Shown here piece after piece: positions 47,141-55,932 of a DNA stretch of 64,000 bases. Source of the DNA: a virus; IMG/VR virus record IMGVR_UViG_3300024581_000835, positions 3,622 to 67,621 of that record; one strand, 5' to 3'. How positions within the stretch are numbered: the first letter of the stretch is position 1; every line of letters begins with the position of its first letter. The position numbers were made by a program, and so were the translations under genes. Under the pieces are notes generated by a model. The model was not told where the DNA came from. It was given only the letters and a program-made list of their open reading frames with translations, and did not search any database.

Positions 47141-48355
47141 ATGGCTACATACGATCTTTTTTCGTTTGCTCAACGCAACGGCAATCCAGCATTATTAGTA
47201 ACACCGCAACGATGCGGTTCTTCGTTTACTAAAAAAATACTAACAAACCTCAAACCACATGAAAGGAATTATCTCACTTGGCTAGGATTTAGTGATCGGC
47301 ATCCTGATAGTCTTGATGTAAATGACGTGTTAATGCTGAGAGGATTGTATAAGCCTCAAGAACATTGGAGCTATCGGGTAAATAGATCAGCAACTTGGTT
47401 TGATCCTGCGATAAAAATTAACTTGTTGTATAGAAGCCCCACTGCTAGATATATGTCTGGGCTACATTTTTTAAATGGTACCTGGGGAGATTATTTCGCC
47501 ATACCACTCAGAGATTGGGCAACTGAAGACGGAATAGAAGACAAACCTCAGCGCCGAGAATTTGTACACAAATTGATGAAAATTCTAGGTAGGCGATTTT
47601 CACCATATGATAACGTCACAGGTGATGATATCCCAGAAACACACACATGGCATCTTCAAGAATTCGAACTAAACTGTGTTTTGCCTGTCCTTGCCAATCT
47701 CCCTGAGAGGGAGATTCATAGCATTAAGCGGCCAATGCCAGATTTCACCTTTGGCGAAACTCATTTAGAACCTGCAATGGTTTGGTGTGCGTTTATTGCT
47801 TGCATGTTTGACCGCAGTGACTTTGTGTTACTGGAAGGATACACTGATTGGGTTCAAGAAAATTTGATCGCTGAAGGCACACCAGTCTCAGATGTCGAAG
47901 GCGAAGAACAACTAGAAATGTGGAAAACAGGCAGGCAAGATATAAAAGATTCCAAGTATGTCACAGGTCAGTCACAAGCAATGATGGATATATTGGTTAA
48001 ACACATACCACAGATGGTAGATAACTATGACAATGAAAACGGACAAATGATCAATTGGACAAAATGGATTGGCATCGAAGAAGAAGTGTTTGACTTTATA
48101 CTCAGCCAAAAAGGTAGATTCAGTACGCCAAATGACAAACGTGTATTAATAGATTACATGATAGATTTGTTAGACCGAGAAGACTTGTGTGTAGTGCGAG
48201 ATTATTCGTTGCTGTATTGGCTCACGTTAGATGAGTCAATGAATAGATTGCCCAAAGACTTACGACTTGCACTTCAGAGAAATATTGGTCGAGGATCTAG
48301 ATTACTGTGTGATATGGGCCCGTTTAACTGGGCCCTGTGGGCAAGAAAATGGTGA
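47141..48355 (+). CDS. Sulfotransferase-like protein
   Basis: VTPQRCGSSF (5'-PSB-like) and LYRSPTARYMSG (3'-PB-like); SD GGAG. Confidence 0.5.
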   Translation: MATYDLFSFAQRNGNPALLVTPQRCGSSFTKKILTNLKPHERNYLTWLGFSDRHPDSLDVNDVLMLRGLYKPQEHWSYRVNRSATWFDPAIKINLLYRSPTARYMSGLHFLNGTWGDYFAIPLRDWATEDGIEDKPQRREFVHKLMKILGRRFSPYDNVTGDDIPETHTWHLQEFELNCVLPVLANLPEREIHSIKRPMPDFTFGETHLEPAMVWCAFIACMFDRSDFVLLEGYTDWVQENLIAEGTPVSDVEGEEQLEMWKTGRQDIKDSKYVTGQSQAMMDILVKHIPQMVDNYDNENGQMINWTKWIGIEEEVFDFILSQKGRFSTPNDKRVLIDYMIDLLDREDLCVVRDYSLLYWLTLDESMNRLPKDLRLALQRNIGRGSRLLCDMGPFNWALWARKW

Positions 48356-49564
48356 TTAGAACTGATCGGATTCTGTGCTGTCAGCCATAGCGGCTACACT
48401 GTTAGCACCCACTGCTTGACTGATTAAATCAAAGTAACCAACGCCAACTTCTCGCTGATGCTTGGTACTGGTATAGCCTCGAGCTTCTGCCTCAAACTCA
48501 GCTTCTTGTAATTGACTGTAAGCCAGCATTCCGTTTTGCTTGTACTTGTATGCAAAGTCGTGCACTGCATAGTTGGTAGCATGAAAACCTGCTAGAGTAA
48601 TAAACTGGAATCTGAATCCTAACTTGCTTAACTCCCATTGGAAGTCTGCTAGTTCTTGATCACCAGGGATACTCTTTCTCCAGTTGAAACTTGGTGAGCA
48701 GTTGTATGCTAACATTTGGTTTGGGAAGGCACCTCTCACACCATCAGCAAAACGTTTGGCTTCTTTGAGACACGGCTTCGACGTTTCACACCAAATCAAG
48801 TCTGCGACTTCGGCGTATGCTTGTCCACGCTCAATGCAGTAATCAAATCCTCCGTTGATTTTATAGAAACCTTCTTCTGTGCGTTCGCCTGTGCAGAATC
48901 TGCGATCAATCTCGTCAACATCATTGCTTAACAGTTTAGCACTTTCAGCATCAGTGCGAGCAATAATCACTGTGTCTGTTTCTGCAACATCGCTGGCCAA
49001 TCTTGCGGCTGTTAGATTGCGTACTGCTTGACTGGTGGGGATAAGCACCTTGCCACCTAAGTGTCCGCATTTCTTTTCTGATGCAAGTTGGTCTTCAAAG
49101 TGTACAGCCGCCGCACCTGCTTCGATTAAATTTCGTGCGAGTTCGTATGCATTGAGCGCACCCCCGAACCCTGCTTCCGCATCAGCAATAATTGGCGCAA
49201 ATGTAAATCCTTCTCCGCCTTCAGACACTTCGATTTGATCTTGTCTGCGAAACGCATTGTTGATACTACGAACCACATTTGGTACTGAGTCAACCGCATA
49301 CAAACTCTGATCAGGATATGTCTCATTCGTGCTATTAGCAGAAGCCGCGACTTGCCATCCTGATAGATATATAGCGTCAAGTCCCGCTTTAACATGTTGT
49401 ACAGCTTGTTGACCATTGTATGCTCCAAATGTGTTCACGTAAGGTTTAGTTGCGAACAACTTCCTTAAATTTTCTGCACCACGCTTTGCTAGTGTGTGCT
49501 CAATTTTTACTGACCCTTGAAGTTGCTTAACTTGTTCCGGGGTATAACTTCTTTTTGTGCCCAT
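48356..49564 (-). CDS. aceA: Isocitrate lyase
   Basis: [32 protein letters not shown] (catalytic), [15 protein letters not shown] and [11 protein letters not shown]. Confidence 0.97.
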   Translation of the reverse strand: MGTKRSYTPEQVKQLQGSVKIEHTLAKRGAENLRKLFATKPYVNTFGAYNGQQAVQHVKAGLDAIYLSGWQVAASANSTNETYPDQSLYAVDSVPNVVRSINNAFRRQDQIEVSEGGEGFTFAPIIADAEAGFGGALNAYELARNLIEAGAAAVHFEDQLASEKKCGHLGGKVLIPTSQAVRNLTAARLASDVAETDTVIIARTDAESAKLLSNDVDEIDRRFCTGERTEEGFYKINGGFDYCIERGQAYAEVADLIWCETSKPCLKEAKRFADGVRGAFPNQMLAYNCSPSFNWRKSIPGDQELADFQWELSKLGFRFQFITLAGFHATNYAVHDFAYKYKQNGMLAYSQLQEAEFEAEARGYTSTKHQREVGVGYFDLISQAVGANSVAAMADSTESDQF

Positions 49565-49578
49565 GTTTGTATGTCCTT

Positions 49579-49776
49579 TTAATTTTTTGGTGACGGTATT
49601 ATACCATTCTCCCAATTTTCCTTAACGTCCTCTGCATAATGTATATTATGATTTCCGAGGCATCTACGCTCGACGAGTTGATCGTTTTCGTACAACATTA
49701 CAACCCACTCAGTATCAGGCCCCCGGGAAGAGTTTCCTCCCCTGATACTTTTTCTAATTTGTGCTCTACGAGCCAC
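49579..49776 (-). CDS. Small hypothetical protein
   Basis: Fills the gap between the GT and aceA genes; start uncertain. Confidence 0.45.
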   Translation of the reverse strand: MARRAQIRKSIRGGNSSRGPDTEWVVMLYENDQLVERRCLGNHNIHYAEDVKENWENGIIPSPKN

Positions 49777-50857
49777 GTATGTATTCCATTGGGTCTTTGG
49801 TCCAATCAAATTCATATATAGGATTTTCCTTTCCGAATGCTTTTGGCTTTAACAGTTTTTGTTCTAAGTCTATGCCGCTCCACTTTGCAAAATCTTTTAG
49901 TGTGCGTTCAGTACCTAATCCGTACTCACCAGTTACTTTACCGGTGTATACATCTCTTTGTCTCAGTTTGCCCTGTTCAGCTAACACAGTCCACGCTGTC
50001 TTTAGTTGGTGATTTCCGCTCCAGTGATTTTGATGTGCTTTGTACTCTGGTGCATAATAATGTCTAATAGGATAACCACCTCTTCTGTGAAACACGTTCC
50101 ACCCTCGGGTCCATGCTTTTACAACAGCCAGTTGTTCCTCGCCAGAAAAGTAAGTTCTTTCATCCCAGGGTACTTCCTTGATGAAACTACCTAATGTAAA
50201 TGTGCCACCTCCGCTGAATCCATATCCATGGGCGTACGGTTGCTCAGCATCATATACATGATCGGAACCAAAGAACCAAATGTAGTTATCTGCTTCGTTT
50301 TGAAATTCTACATGACATTGTCCCGGATGAATCAATTTACCTTTGCTGTTCTTTTTTACATCACCGGCACCAACCATCATGACAATGATGTTGTCTGTGC
50401 CAGTTGGCTCGAAAAATTCAGGTAATGGATTAGCAATAGGGTCATCGTCTTTTGCTTCCATGCTTTCAGGATAGCAAGTGATGATAGGTTTCTCATGATA
50501 CTGCATCAACTCTTCCATGGATTTGATGTACTTGGTATCCCAACCTTTTTCAAATCCGGTGTGCGAATCAATCTGTAAATAATACTTTTGGTCTGTGTAT
50601 TCTCGTTGTGCTAGTGATCGAGCCCAACTACAACCTCTGCTGTCTGTGGGACTATACAGTTTGTAGTGTGTTTGCTTTTTCCATTGTGCTAATTGAGGAT
50701 TTGTCCAGTCTAGAGCATGCTCAGGATATTCCTGTTCGATGATGCTCATGGTGATGTTTTCAGGGTTATCAGCATTGCCAAAACAGTTGCGAACAGTGTA
50801 TTCCAACAGCGGGTCGCAAAGAGATGGAATGCCTACATAGATAGAGTTAGTGTCCAT
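49766..50857 (-). CDS. GT-A glycosyltransferase, GT60/Skp1-hydroxyproline GlcNAc-transferase-like
   Basis: IYVGIPSLCD, SRGCSWARS, YYLQIDSHTGF..GWD and YFSGEE..AWTRGW. Confidence 0.8.
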   Translation of the reverse strand: MDTNSIYVGIPSLCDPLLEYTVRNCFGNADNPENITMSIIEQEYPEHALDWTNPQLAQWKKQTHYKLYSPTDSRGCSWARSLAQREYTDQKYYLQIDSHTGFEKGWDTKYIKSMEELMQYHEKPIITCYPESMEAKDDDPIANPLPEFFEPTGTDNIIVMMVGAGDVKKNSKGKLIHPGQCHVEFQNEADNYIWFFGSDHVYDAEQPYAHGYGFSGGGTFTLGSFIKEVPWDERTYFSGEEQLAVVKAWTRGWNVFHRRGGYPIRHYYAPEYKAHQNHWSGNHQLKTAWTVLAEQGKLRQRDVYTGKVTGEYGLGTERTLKDFAKWSGIDLEQKLLKPKAFGKENPIYEFDWTKDPMEYIRGS

Positions 50858-50861
50858 GCTT

Positions 50862-51044
50862 CTATTTATTGTTGGGTGAAGTTTCTTGCATTTTTTTAAG
50901 GTAAGCCATCTTTTCTTCTTCGGGTATTATGTTAATGTATACCTTCTGATGACCCCACCACCATTGCCCGTATTCATCACGTCTAGGCACGATCCATTTT
51001 TGCATGGTGTGGCGTTTGTCTCTATCAGTCCCAGAGGCTTTCAT
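50862..51044 (-). CDS. Small hypothetical protein
   Basis: Tiling ORF. Confidence 0.45.
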   Translation of the reverse strand: MKASGTDRDKRHTMQKWIVPRRDEYGQWWWGHQKVYINIIPEEEKMAYLKKMQETSPNNK

Positions 51045-51684
51045 AATACTTTCCGAACAATCGGAATCCATTTGAAATACGATCTTGATATGCTTGCATA
51101 CCTTCTCGATCTACTTTAAAAGTGTTGTTAGGTCCATGTTTCAATTCGCTCATACCCGCTTCGCCAGGAACCTTCTCAAAGTAAACATCGTGTTTGCCAC
51201 TGTAGAACTGATCTTCCCAATCCTCCATCTTGCTAGCAAACGCAAAAATCATTTCATCCACCACCCAATCCCAGCGAGCAAAGAAGTGAATATCAGTTTG
51301 ACCATTTGTACGGTATGCTTCTTCTTCGGCTTCATTTGGCCACAAGTCTTTAGGCACATCTTCTTTATCAACATTGGGTGCACCGTGCTTGGTTTCCTTT
51401 AGTTGTATCAGCATGGGCAACACAATGTGTGCAAGTGTACCATCCATGTTCCAAGTGTCCCAACGGTCAATGTGTACTTTTACTTTCTGTGTACGTCTAT
51501 CAAACCACAGCCAGTTAAACACATTGTAAAAGTCTTGCACACGGTCATCCAGCCAATTTAAACAGTGTTCAAATCGTGTATGTTCTGCGGGCCAATCTAC
51601 ACAACCATATTTTTTATTCATATAGTTATTGTATAGTTTGCACATTAGCCTGTCTGGGTAATTGCCGATTTTAACTCTCACCAC
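51025..51684 (-). CDS. Conserved-looking phage hypothetical protein
   Basis: IDRWDTWNMDGTLAHIVLPML...HGAP and NGFRLFGKYYESLWD. Confidence 0.75.
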   Translation of the reverse strand: MVRVKIGNYPDRLMCKLYNNYMNKKYGCVDWPAEHTRFEHCLNWLDDRVQDFYNVFNWLWFDRRTQKVKVHIDRWDTWNMDGTLAHIVLPMLIQLKETKHGAPNVDKEDVPKDLWPNEAEEEAYRTNGQTDIHFFARWDWVVDEMIFAFASKMEDWEDQFYSGKHDVYFEKVPGEAGMSELKHGPNNTFKVDREGMQAYQDRISNGFRLFGKYYESLWD

Positions 51685-52010
51685 TCAATCTCCCGCCAGT
51701 CTGTATCTTCAGGCATCAAGTAAACTTGACTCTCAAAGTCTTCTTTCGCTTTAAGTTGATTATACACTCCACTGTTAGCCATTGTCAAGCGATAATTATC
51801 CTTGTGACAACGATAGCAACTGCCGCTGGCTCCGTAGAATTCGTAATAGTCGCCATCTTGTTTGACTTCAGTGATACCACTGTTCATTCGCCAACTGTCA
51901 CCGTCCAACCAGCCGCCACTCCATCCAGCAAGTACTTTGTAGAACCCACGGTCGTACTTGCCTTCTTTGATTTTCAATATAACCCAGTTGTCAGGTGTGT
52001 ATTCACTCAT
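51678..52010 (-). CDS. Conserved-looking phage hypothetical protein
   Basis: YTPDNWV, YKVLAGWSGG..DGDSWRMNSGI and GASGSCYRC. Confidence 0.75.
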   Translation of the reverse strand: MSEYTPDNWVILKIKEGKYDRGFYKVLAGWSGGWLDGDSWRMNSGITEVKQDGDYYEFYGASGSCYRCHKDNYRLTMANSGVYNQLKAKEDFESQVYLMPEDTDWREIEW

Positions 52011-52026
52011 GCACTTCAATCCTTAT

Positions 52027-52101
52027 TGGCAGACGAGCACGGATTCGAACCGCGACCACGAGTTTTGGAGACTCACATGCTACCGTTAACACCACTCGCC
52101 T
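52027..52101 (-). tRNA. trnW: tRNA-Trp(CCA)
   Basis: Anticodon loop CTCCAAA; encoded CCA end. Confidence 0.93.
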
Positions 52102-52179
52102 TTACTACTCTGGATCTTGCTTGTTATAGAAGTATCTCTTCCAATACTCTCAAGACCCAGATATCTACACTCCAATACT

Positions 52180-52270
52180 TGGCGGAGAAGGAGGGATTCG
52201 AACCCTCGAAAGGCTACTAACCTTTGCCGGTTTTCAAGACCGGTGCATTCAACCACTCTGCCACCTCTCC
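52180..52270 (-). tRNA. trnS: tRNA-Ser(TGA)
   Basis: Anticodon TGA, long variable arm, encoded CCA. Confidence 0.96.
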
Positions 52271-52275
52271 GTACT

Positions 52276-52351
52276 TGGTAGGACTGGATGGAGTTGAACC
52301 ATCTACCTCCCGCTTATAAGACGGATGCTCTCACCGTTGAGCTACAGTCCC
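52276..52351 (-). tRNA. trnI: tRNA-Ile(TAT)
   Basis: Anticodon loop CTTATAA, A73, encoded CCA. Confidence 0.9.
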
Positions 52352-52629
52352 TCTTCTCCAGCAGGAGGTGCCTCATAGTCTGTGGGCAACTTATATCCTG
52401 TTGGGTACTTTGACAATGTTAATTTCTCTCCGTCCCATACACACCATATGTCTCTGACGCCAACTGTGAAGTGATGTGCTTCATAATCACCTAACAGAGA
52501 CTCTGGCAGTATTTCTCCTGTGCGCTTATCACGCATAGGCCCAGTGCCAATGATGTATTCCACTCTGGCGCCGCCCCATCTGTTCCATGCATCTTCGATA
52601 AGATCGAAGCAGTCTACCATGTGTTCCAT
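52342..52629 (-). CDS. Hypothetical protein between tRNAs (starts MEHMVD)
   Basis: Start moved to 52629 to exclude tRNA-Val. The last 10 nt overlap the tRNA-Ile 5' end. Confidence 0.6.
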   Translation of the reverse strand: MEHMVDCFDLIEDAWNRWGGARVEYIIGTGPMRDKRTGEILPESLLGDYEAHHFTVGVRDIWCVWDGEKLTLSKYPTGYKLPTDYEAPPAGEEGL

Positions 52630-52643
52630 ACTGTTTCCTAATT

Positions 52644-52719
52644 TGGTGGTCACTGCTGGGTTCGAACCAGCGACCCTCGCCTTGTAAGGGCGATGCTCTC
52701 CCAACTGAGCTAAGTGACC
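52644..52719 (-). tRNA. trnV: tRNA-Val(TAC)
   Basis: Anticodon loop CTTACAA; encoded CCA. Confidence 0.96.
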
Positions 52720-52724
52720 TTATT

Positions 52725-52801
52725 TGGTGGGCCTTGTAGGACTTGAACCTACGACCTGCCGATTATGAGTCGGATGCTCTAACCAACTGAGCTAAAGGCC
52801 C
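52725..52801 (-). tRNA. tRNA-CAT, probably Ile2 (lysidine type) rather than Met
   Basis: Anticodon CAT. Acceptor GGGCCTT has the C4-G69 and C5-G68 pairs that TilS reads in enterobacterial tRNA-Ile2. Confidence 0.8.
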
Positions 52802-52807
52802 TAAACT

Positions 52808-52882
52808 TTAATCGTCCTCGCCATCAATGATGACCCACGTTACAAATATTGCTACAGCAATAATACCGAGTACAAACTCCAT
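52808..52882 (-). CDS. 24-aa single-TM micro-protein (MEFVLGIIAVAIFVTWVIIDGEDD)
   Basis: TAATG-coupled to the upstream ORF. Confidence 0.4.
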   Translation of the reverse strand: MEFVLGIIAVAIFVTWVIIDGEDD

Positions 52883-53157
52883 TACTTACTTACCTTTTTA
52901 ATCATCAGACCATTATCAGTTTGCTCAACACACACAGTGTCGCCTGGCTTTATGTTAGCCGCTTTGCATACCTCTGGAGGAATGTTCATCAGCACGTGAT
53001 CCTCATCTCCGGGAATGTCTTCGAACAGGTCTTCGGACCTCACAGTGAGGCCATCAAAGTTTAGGTCATGCTTGATCAGTTTGTAAGTTTGCCAACCACA
53101 GTATACTACTACAACACATATAATCACAAACAACGGTAACAAATATAATGGATCCAT
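52882..53157 (-). CDS. Membrane-anchored protein with AbrB/SpoVT-like C-terminus
   Basis: N-terminal TM helix; IPPEVCKAANIKPGDTVCVEQTDNGLMIKK. Confidence 0.6.
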   Translation of the reverse strand: MDPLYLLPLFVIICVVVVYCGWQTYKLIKHDLNFDGLTVRSEDLFEDIPGDEDHVLMNIPPEVCKAANIKPGDTVCVEQTDNGLMIKKVSK

Positions 53158-53172
53158 TGTGCTCTCCTCATT

Positions 53173-53248
53173 TGGTGCCGGCAGAGAGAATCGAACTCCC
53201 GACCTGATGCTTACAAGGCAACTGCTCTACCTGCTGAGCTATACCGGC
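53173..53248 (-). tRNA. trnT: tRNA-Thr(TGT)
   Basis: Anticodon loop CTTGTAA; encoded CCA. Confidence 0.96.
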
Positions 53249-53253
53249 ATGTT

Positions 53254-53329
53254 TGGCTCCGCGACCTGGGCTCGAACCAGGGACCGATGGATTAACAGTC
53301 CATTGCTCTACCAACTGAGCTATCGCGGA
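53254..53329 (-). tRNA. trnN: tRNA-Asn(GTT)
   Basis: Anticodon loop CTGTTAA; encoded CCA. Confidence 0.96.
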
Positions 53330-53375
53330 ATAAATTGTTGCCTCTCATTTTACCCTGGGAGAGGCACACCAGAAT

Positions 53376-53462
53376 TGGTACCAGTGGCCGGACTCGAACC
53401 GGCACAGCATTTCTGCCGAGGGATTTTAAGTCCCTTGTGTCTACCAATTTCACCACACTGGC
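53376..53462 (-). tRNA. trnL: tRNA-Leu(TAA)
   Basis: Anticodon TAA, long variable arm, encoded CCA. Confidence 0.96.
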
Positions 53463-53603
53463 ATGTTTTGTTACTTAGTTGAATAGGCCCCGCTTGCCTT
53501 ATTTGTTTCGGCTCCAACGCACATCACGACTCCGGTATGTAGAGTTAACATACAAAATCCTTTGCCGCCTATTCTTGCCCTTAAAATATTACCCTCTTTT
53601 GTT

Positions 53604-53680
53604 TGGTCGGAGAAGCAGGATTCGAACCTACGACCCCCTGCTCCCAAAGCAGGTGCTCTACCAAGCTGAGCTATACTCCG
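53604..53680 (-). tRNA. trnP: tRNA-Pro(TGG)
   Basis: Anticodon loop TTTGGGA; encoded CCA. Confidence 0.96.
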
Positions 53681-53839
53681 TTATACTCGGACCGCCTTAA
53701 TGCTGTCCAATCCAGTGCCAGTGTAACGACTTGCACCACCATGCTTCATGTAATACTGCTCACGAGCACTGTACTCACTCATCGCCCTGACATACCCTTT
53801 GCTACTACCGCTAACAAAAATTTCCCAAATGTAAATCAT
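53681..53839 (-). CDS. Small hypothetical protein (52 aa, MIYIWEIFVSG...)
   Basis: Not in the ORF track. SD AGGAG; sits between tRNA-Arg and tRNA-Pro. Confidence 0.6.
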   Translation of the reverse strand: MIYIWEIFVSGSSKGYVRAMSEYSAREQYYMKHGGASRYTGTGLDSIKAVRV

Positions 53840-53891
53840 CTTCTACTCCTTGTGCAAATGGCGTCTACTGTTTTCAACGCATTCACTTCTT

Positions 53892-53968
53892 TGGCACGCC
53901 CGGCTGGACTCGAACCAGCAACCTACAGCTTAGAAGGCTGTTGCACTATCCAATTGTGCTACGAGCGC
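53892..53968 (-). tRNA. trnR: tRNA-Arg(TCT)
   Basis: Anticodon loop CTTCTAA; encoded CCA. Confidence 0.96.
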
Positions 53969-53976
53969 ATTAAACT

Positions 53977-54396
53977 TTAATCTAACTTGTCAAACTCAGC
54001 AACCATTTTGTGTTGCAGACGTCGAGCTTCTTTTTCCCAGGGCTGATCCCAGTAATCGATATTTTCACAGTACTTGTTGCTCTTCCATTGAGTGAGAGCT
54101 GAATCAAGTTCTCCTTTTGCAAACTGTTTTACATGCACCATTTCGTGTGCTAGTGTACTTAGCCAATTGCCAAACAGTGCTACGTCAATTATGAAATTTC
54201 TGTTGTCTAAACATTCGCACAAACCTTCTGTGCCAATATCACCAACATGAATCTTGCTGTGCATACGCACCACAATGTTTGTGCGTAGTCGACTGATACC
54301 AAGTTGCTTGGCAAAACTACGCATGGCTAGAATAGCATAAGCCTGTAAGCCAGTATCCAACACACCACCTTTCGGCCCTTCAACGGAAATATTCAA
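53977..54396 (-). CDS. Zincin-like metallopeptidase
   Basis: TLAHEMVHVKQ and DQPWEKEA. Confidence 0.75.
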   Translation of the reverse strand: MNISVEGPKGGVLDTGLQAYAILAMRSFAKQLGISRLRTNIVVRMHSKIHVGDIGTEGLCECLDNRNFIIDVALFGNWLSTLAHEMVHVKQFAKGELDSALTQWKSNKYCENIDYWDQPWEKEARRLQHKMVAEFDKLD

Positions 54397-54405
54397 TGTA
54401 GTCTC

Positions 54406-55095
54406 CTATTGGATAAATGCGACACGATTTACCATGGTCTCTTTGCCCCCATGGTACTTGCTTATGTCTTGCGACTTCACATACGCTTTGATAGTAATAA
54501 TACTACCCACTGCTAGGTTTGTCAAGTCTTTTGAGTCGTTGATGAAAAATTTAATGATGTTGCCCTCAGAACTGCAACATACCAAACTGCTACCAACGCT
54601 AGAAATGTAGCGAATGTTTTCAACAACAATCTTCTCAAATGCACAACGGGTGTGCAATTTGCCAACAAACTCACTGGTTTCACACAGTTCAGCTTCACGC
54701 TCTGTCCATGTGTCTTGGTTCAGTTTGTTAAGATATACTTTAGGCAAACTGGCCGCAATGCCAATTTGGTCTTTAGCAACATACTCAGAGGTGATTAACT
54801 TGAGCACGTTCTTTTCGAAATCAGTGAGGTCACGTTCCATGGCCTTGAAACTGAGACCCGACAAATAATCTACAATGTCATTCGCCTGTACATAGTCAGC
54901 TTCTGTGATGTTCACAATCTGTCGAGTAGGCTTGTTTTCGCCCTTAACGTGTGTGCCCAGGAAGTGGTTGTACAGCAATTTGCTGTTCGGCGTCAAACCT
55001 TCTTCGTTGTGGATATCATGGCTTTTGATAAAGCCCTTGTTAATTCTGTGTATAGCGCAACTAGCCGCTAGTACTTCGTTAACTGTAAATGACAT
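54406..55095 (-). CDS. Hypothetical early protein, possible C-terminal OB fold
   Basis: First gene after an early promoter; beta-rich C-terminus ending ETMVNRV. Confidence 0.65.
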   Translation of the reverse strand: MSFTVNEVLAASCAIHRINKGFIKSHDIHNEEGLTPNSKLLYNHFLGTHVKGENKPTRQIVNITEADYVQANDIVDYLSGLSFKAMERDLTDFEKNVLKLITSEYVAKDQIGIAASLPKVYLNKLNQDTWTEREAELCETSEFVGKLHTRCAFEKIVVENIRYISSVGSSLVCCSSEGNIIKFFINDSKDLTNLAVGSIITIKAYVKSQDISKYHGGKETMVNRVAFIQ

Positions 55096-55110
55096 TCTGC
55101 ACTCCTAATT

Positions 55111-55155
55111 CCTAACTATGTGTACATTATACACGGATCGAGCCCAAAGTCAACC
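55111..55155 (-). promoter_or_regulatory. Sigma70-like early promoter
   Basis: GGTTGACT-16 nt-TATAAT with AGTTAGG leader. Confidence 0.8.
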
Positions 55156-55193
55156 GTTTTTGGGCATTAAAAAATTGTAATAAAAACAATAAC

Positions 55194-55814
55194 TTAGCGT
55201 GTATATGGCTGTGGTTTTTCAGAAGATACAACTAAATTGTAGATATCTTCCCACTTTTTAGCCACAAATGAGCCATCAAAATTCATGTTGTGTCCGTGCT
55301 CAATTAGGATGCCTTGAAAGCCTGCTTTTACACCTGCTTCTACATTCTCTGGCTTGTCCTCAATCCAGTAGTTACCTTGGTACTTTTGAGCAAGTTCTGC
55401 TAATGCTTCATCCTTGTCAGCACCTGTTTCTAAACAGATCACATCAACAAAGTAGTCGCCAAATATCTTCTTGAGGTTACGTTCCCTTAGTGCTTGTGCA
55501 TATGGATCAGTACTTAGGCTGGTTAGGACAAGAAACTTGTATTGGTGTTTCTCTGCTAACAGCTTCACATAGTACTGTGCATCACGCAACGGCGGCAAAA
55601 AGCCAATTGCCGCGCTTTCATTGAATGTCTTAATCAACTTTCTGGCTTGGTCCTTGGTAATACCATAACGTTCGCCAATGTCGTACATGAACTGAAAGCC
55701 TTCTACCTTCTCATGTCCATGATGTTCCATCCACACAGAAAAACCTTCTTCCCAATCTAGGAGAACGCCGTCACAGTCTGTGAGAATGATCTTCTCTTTG
55801 TTAAATTTTTTCAT
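55194..55814 (-). CDS. HAD-family 5'(3')-deoxyribonucleotidase-like phosphatase
   Basis: LTDCDGVLLDW, LTSL and WIEDKPEN. Confidence 0.85.
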   Translation of the reverse strand: MKKFNKEKIILTDCDGVLLDWEEGFSVWMEHHGHEKVEGFQFMYDIGERYGITKDQARKLIKTFNESAAIGFLPPLRDAQYYVKLLAEKHQYKFLVLTSLSTDPYAQALRERNLKKIFGDYFVDVICLETGADKDEALAELAQKYQGNYWIEDKPENVEAGVKAGFQGILIEHGHNMNFDGSFVAKKWEDIYNLVVSSEKPQPYTR

Positions 55815-55847
55815 TAATTTTTTAATATGGATCTCCTTAATCCTGCT

Positions 55848-55924
55848 TGGCGCGGCTGTAGGGATTCGAACCCCAGACCTTCTGGTTCGTAGCCAGATGC
55901 TCTATCCTGCTGAGCTACAGCCGC
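55848..55924 (-). tRNA. trnR: tRNA-Arg(ACG)
   Basis: Anticodon loop CTACGAA; encoded CCA. Confidence 0.96.
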
Positions 55925-55932
55925 ATTGTTCT

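Noticed and set aside
52102-52179. Spacer between tRNA-Ser and tRNA-Trp with a duplicated TCCAATACT
   Set aside because: No cloverleaf, convincing fold or SD-led ORF was found; the 9-bp repeat may be chance or a remnant.
52630-52704. N-terminal extension of ORF 52342..52704 in the track
   Set aside because: The extension is the tRNA-Val gene; the real start is taken as 52629.
53340-53367. Hairpin TGCCTCTC/GAGAGGCA between tRNA-Leu and tRNA-Asn
   Set aside because: It is a single stem without a T tract, most simply a processing or spacer structure, so there is too little evidence for a separate feature.
53500-53540. Hammerhead ribozyme (GCCGAAAC on the minus strand)
   Set aside because: The required CUGANGA core is absent, and no twister, pistol or HDV-like core could be fitted by eye.
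51726-53980. Plus-strand ORFs 51726..52220, 53159..53482, 53479..53700 and 53603..53980
   Set aside because: They overlap minus-strand tRNA genes and read as reverse-complement tRNA sequence.
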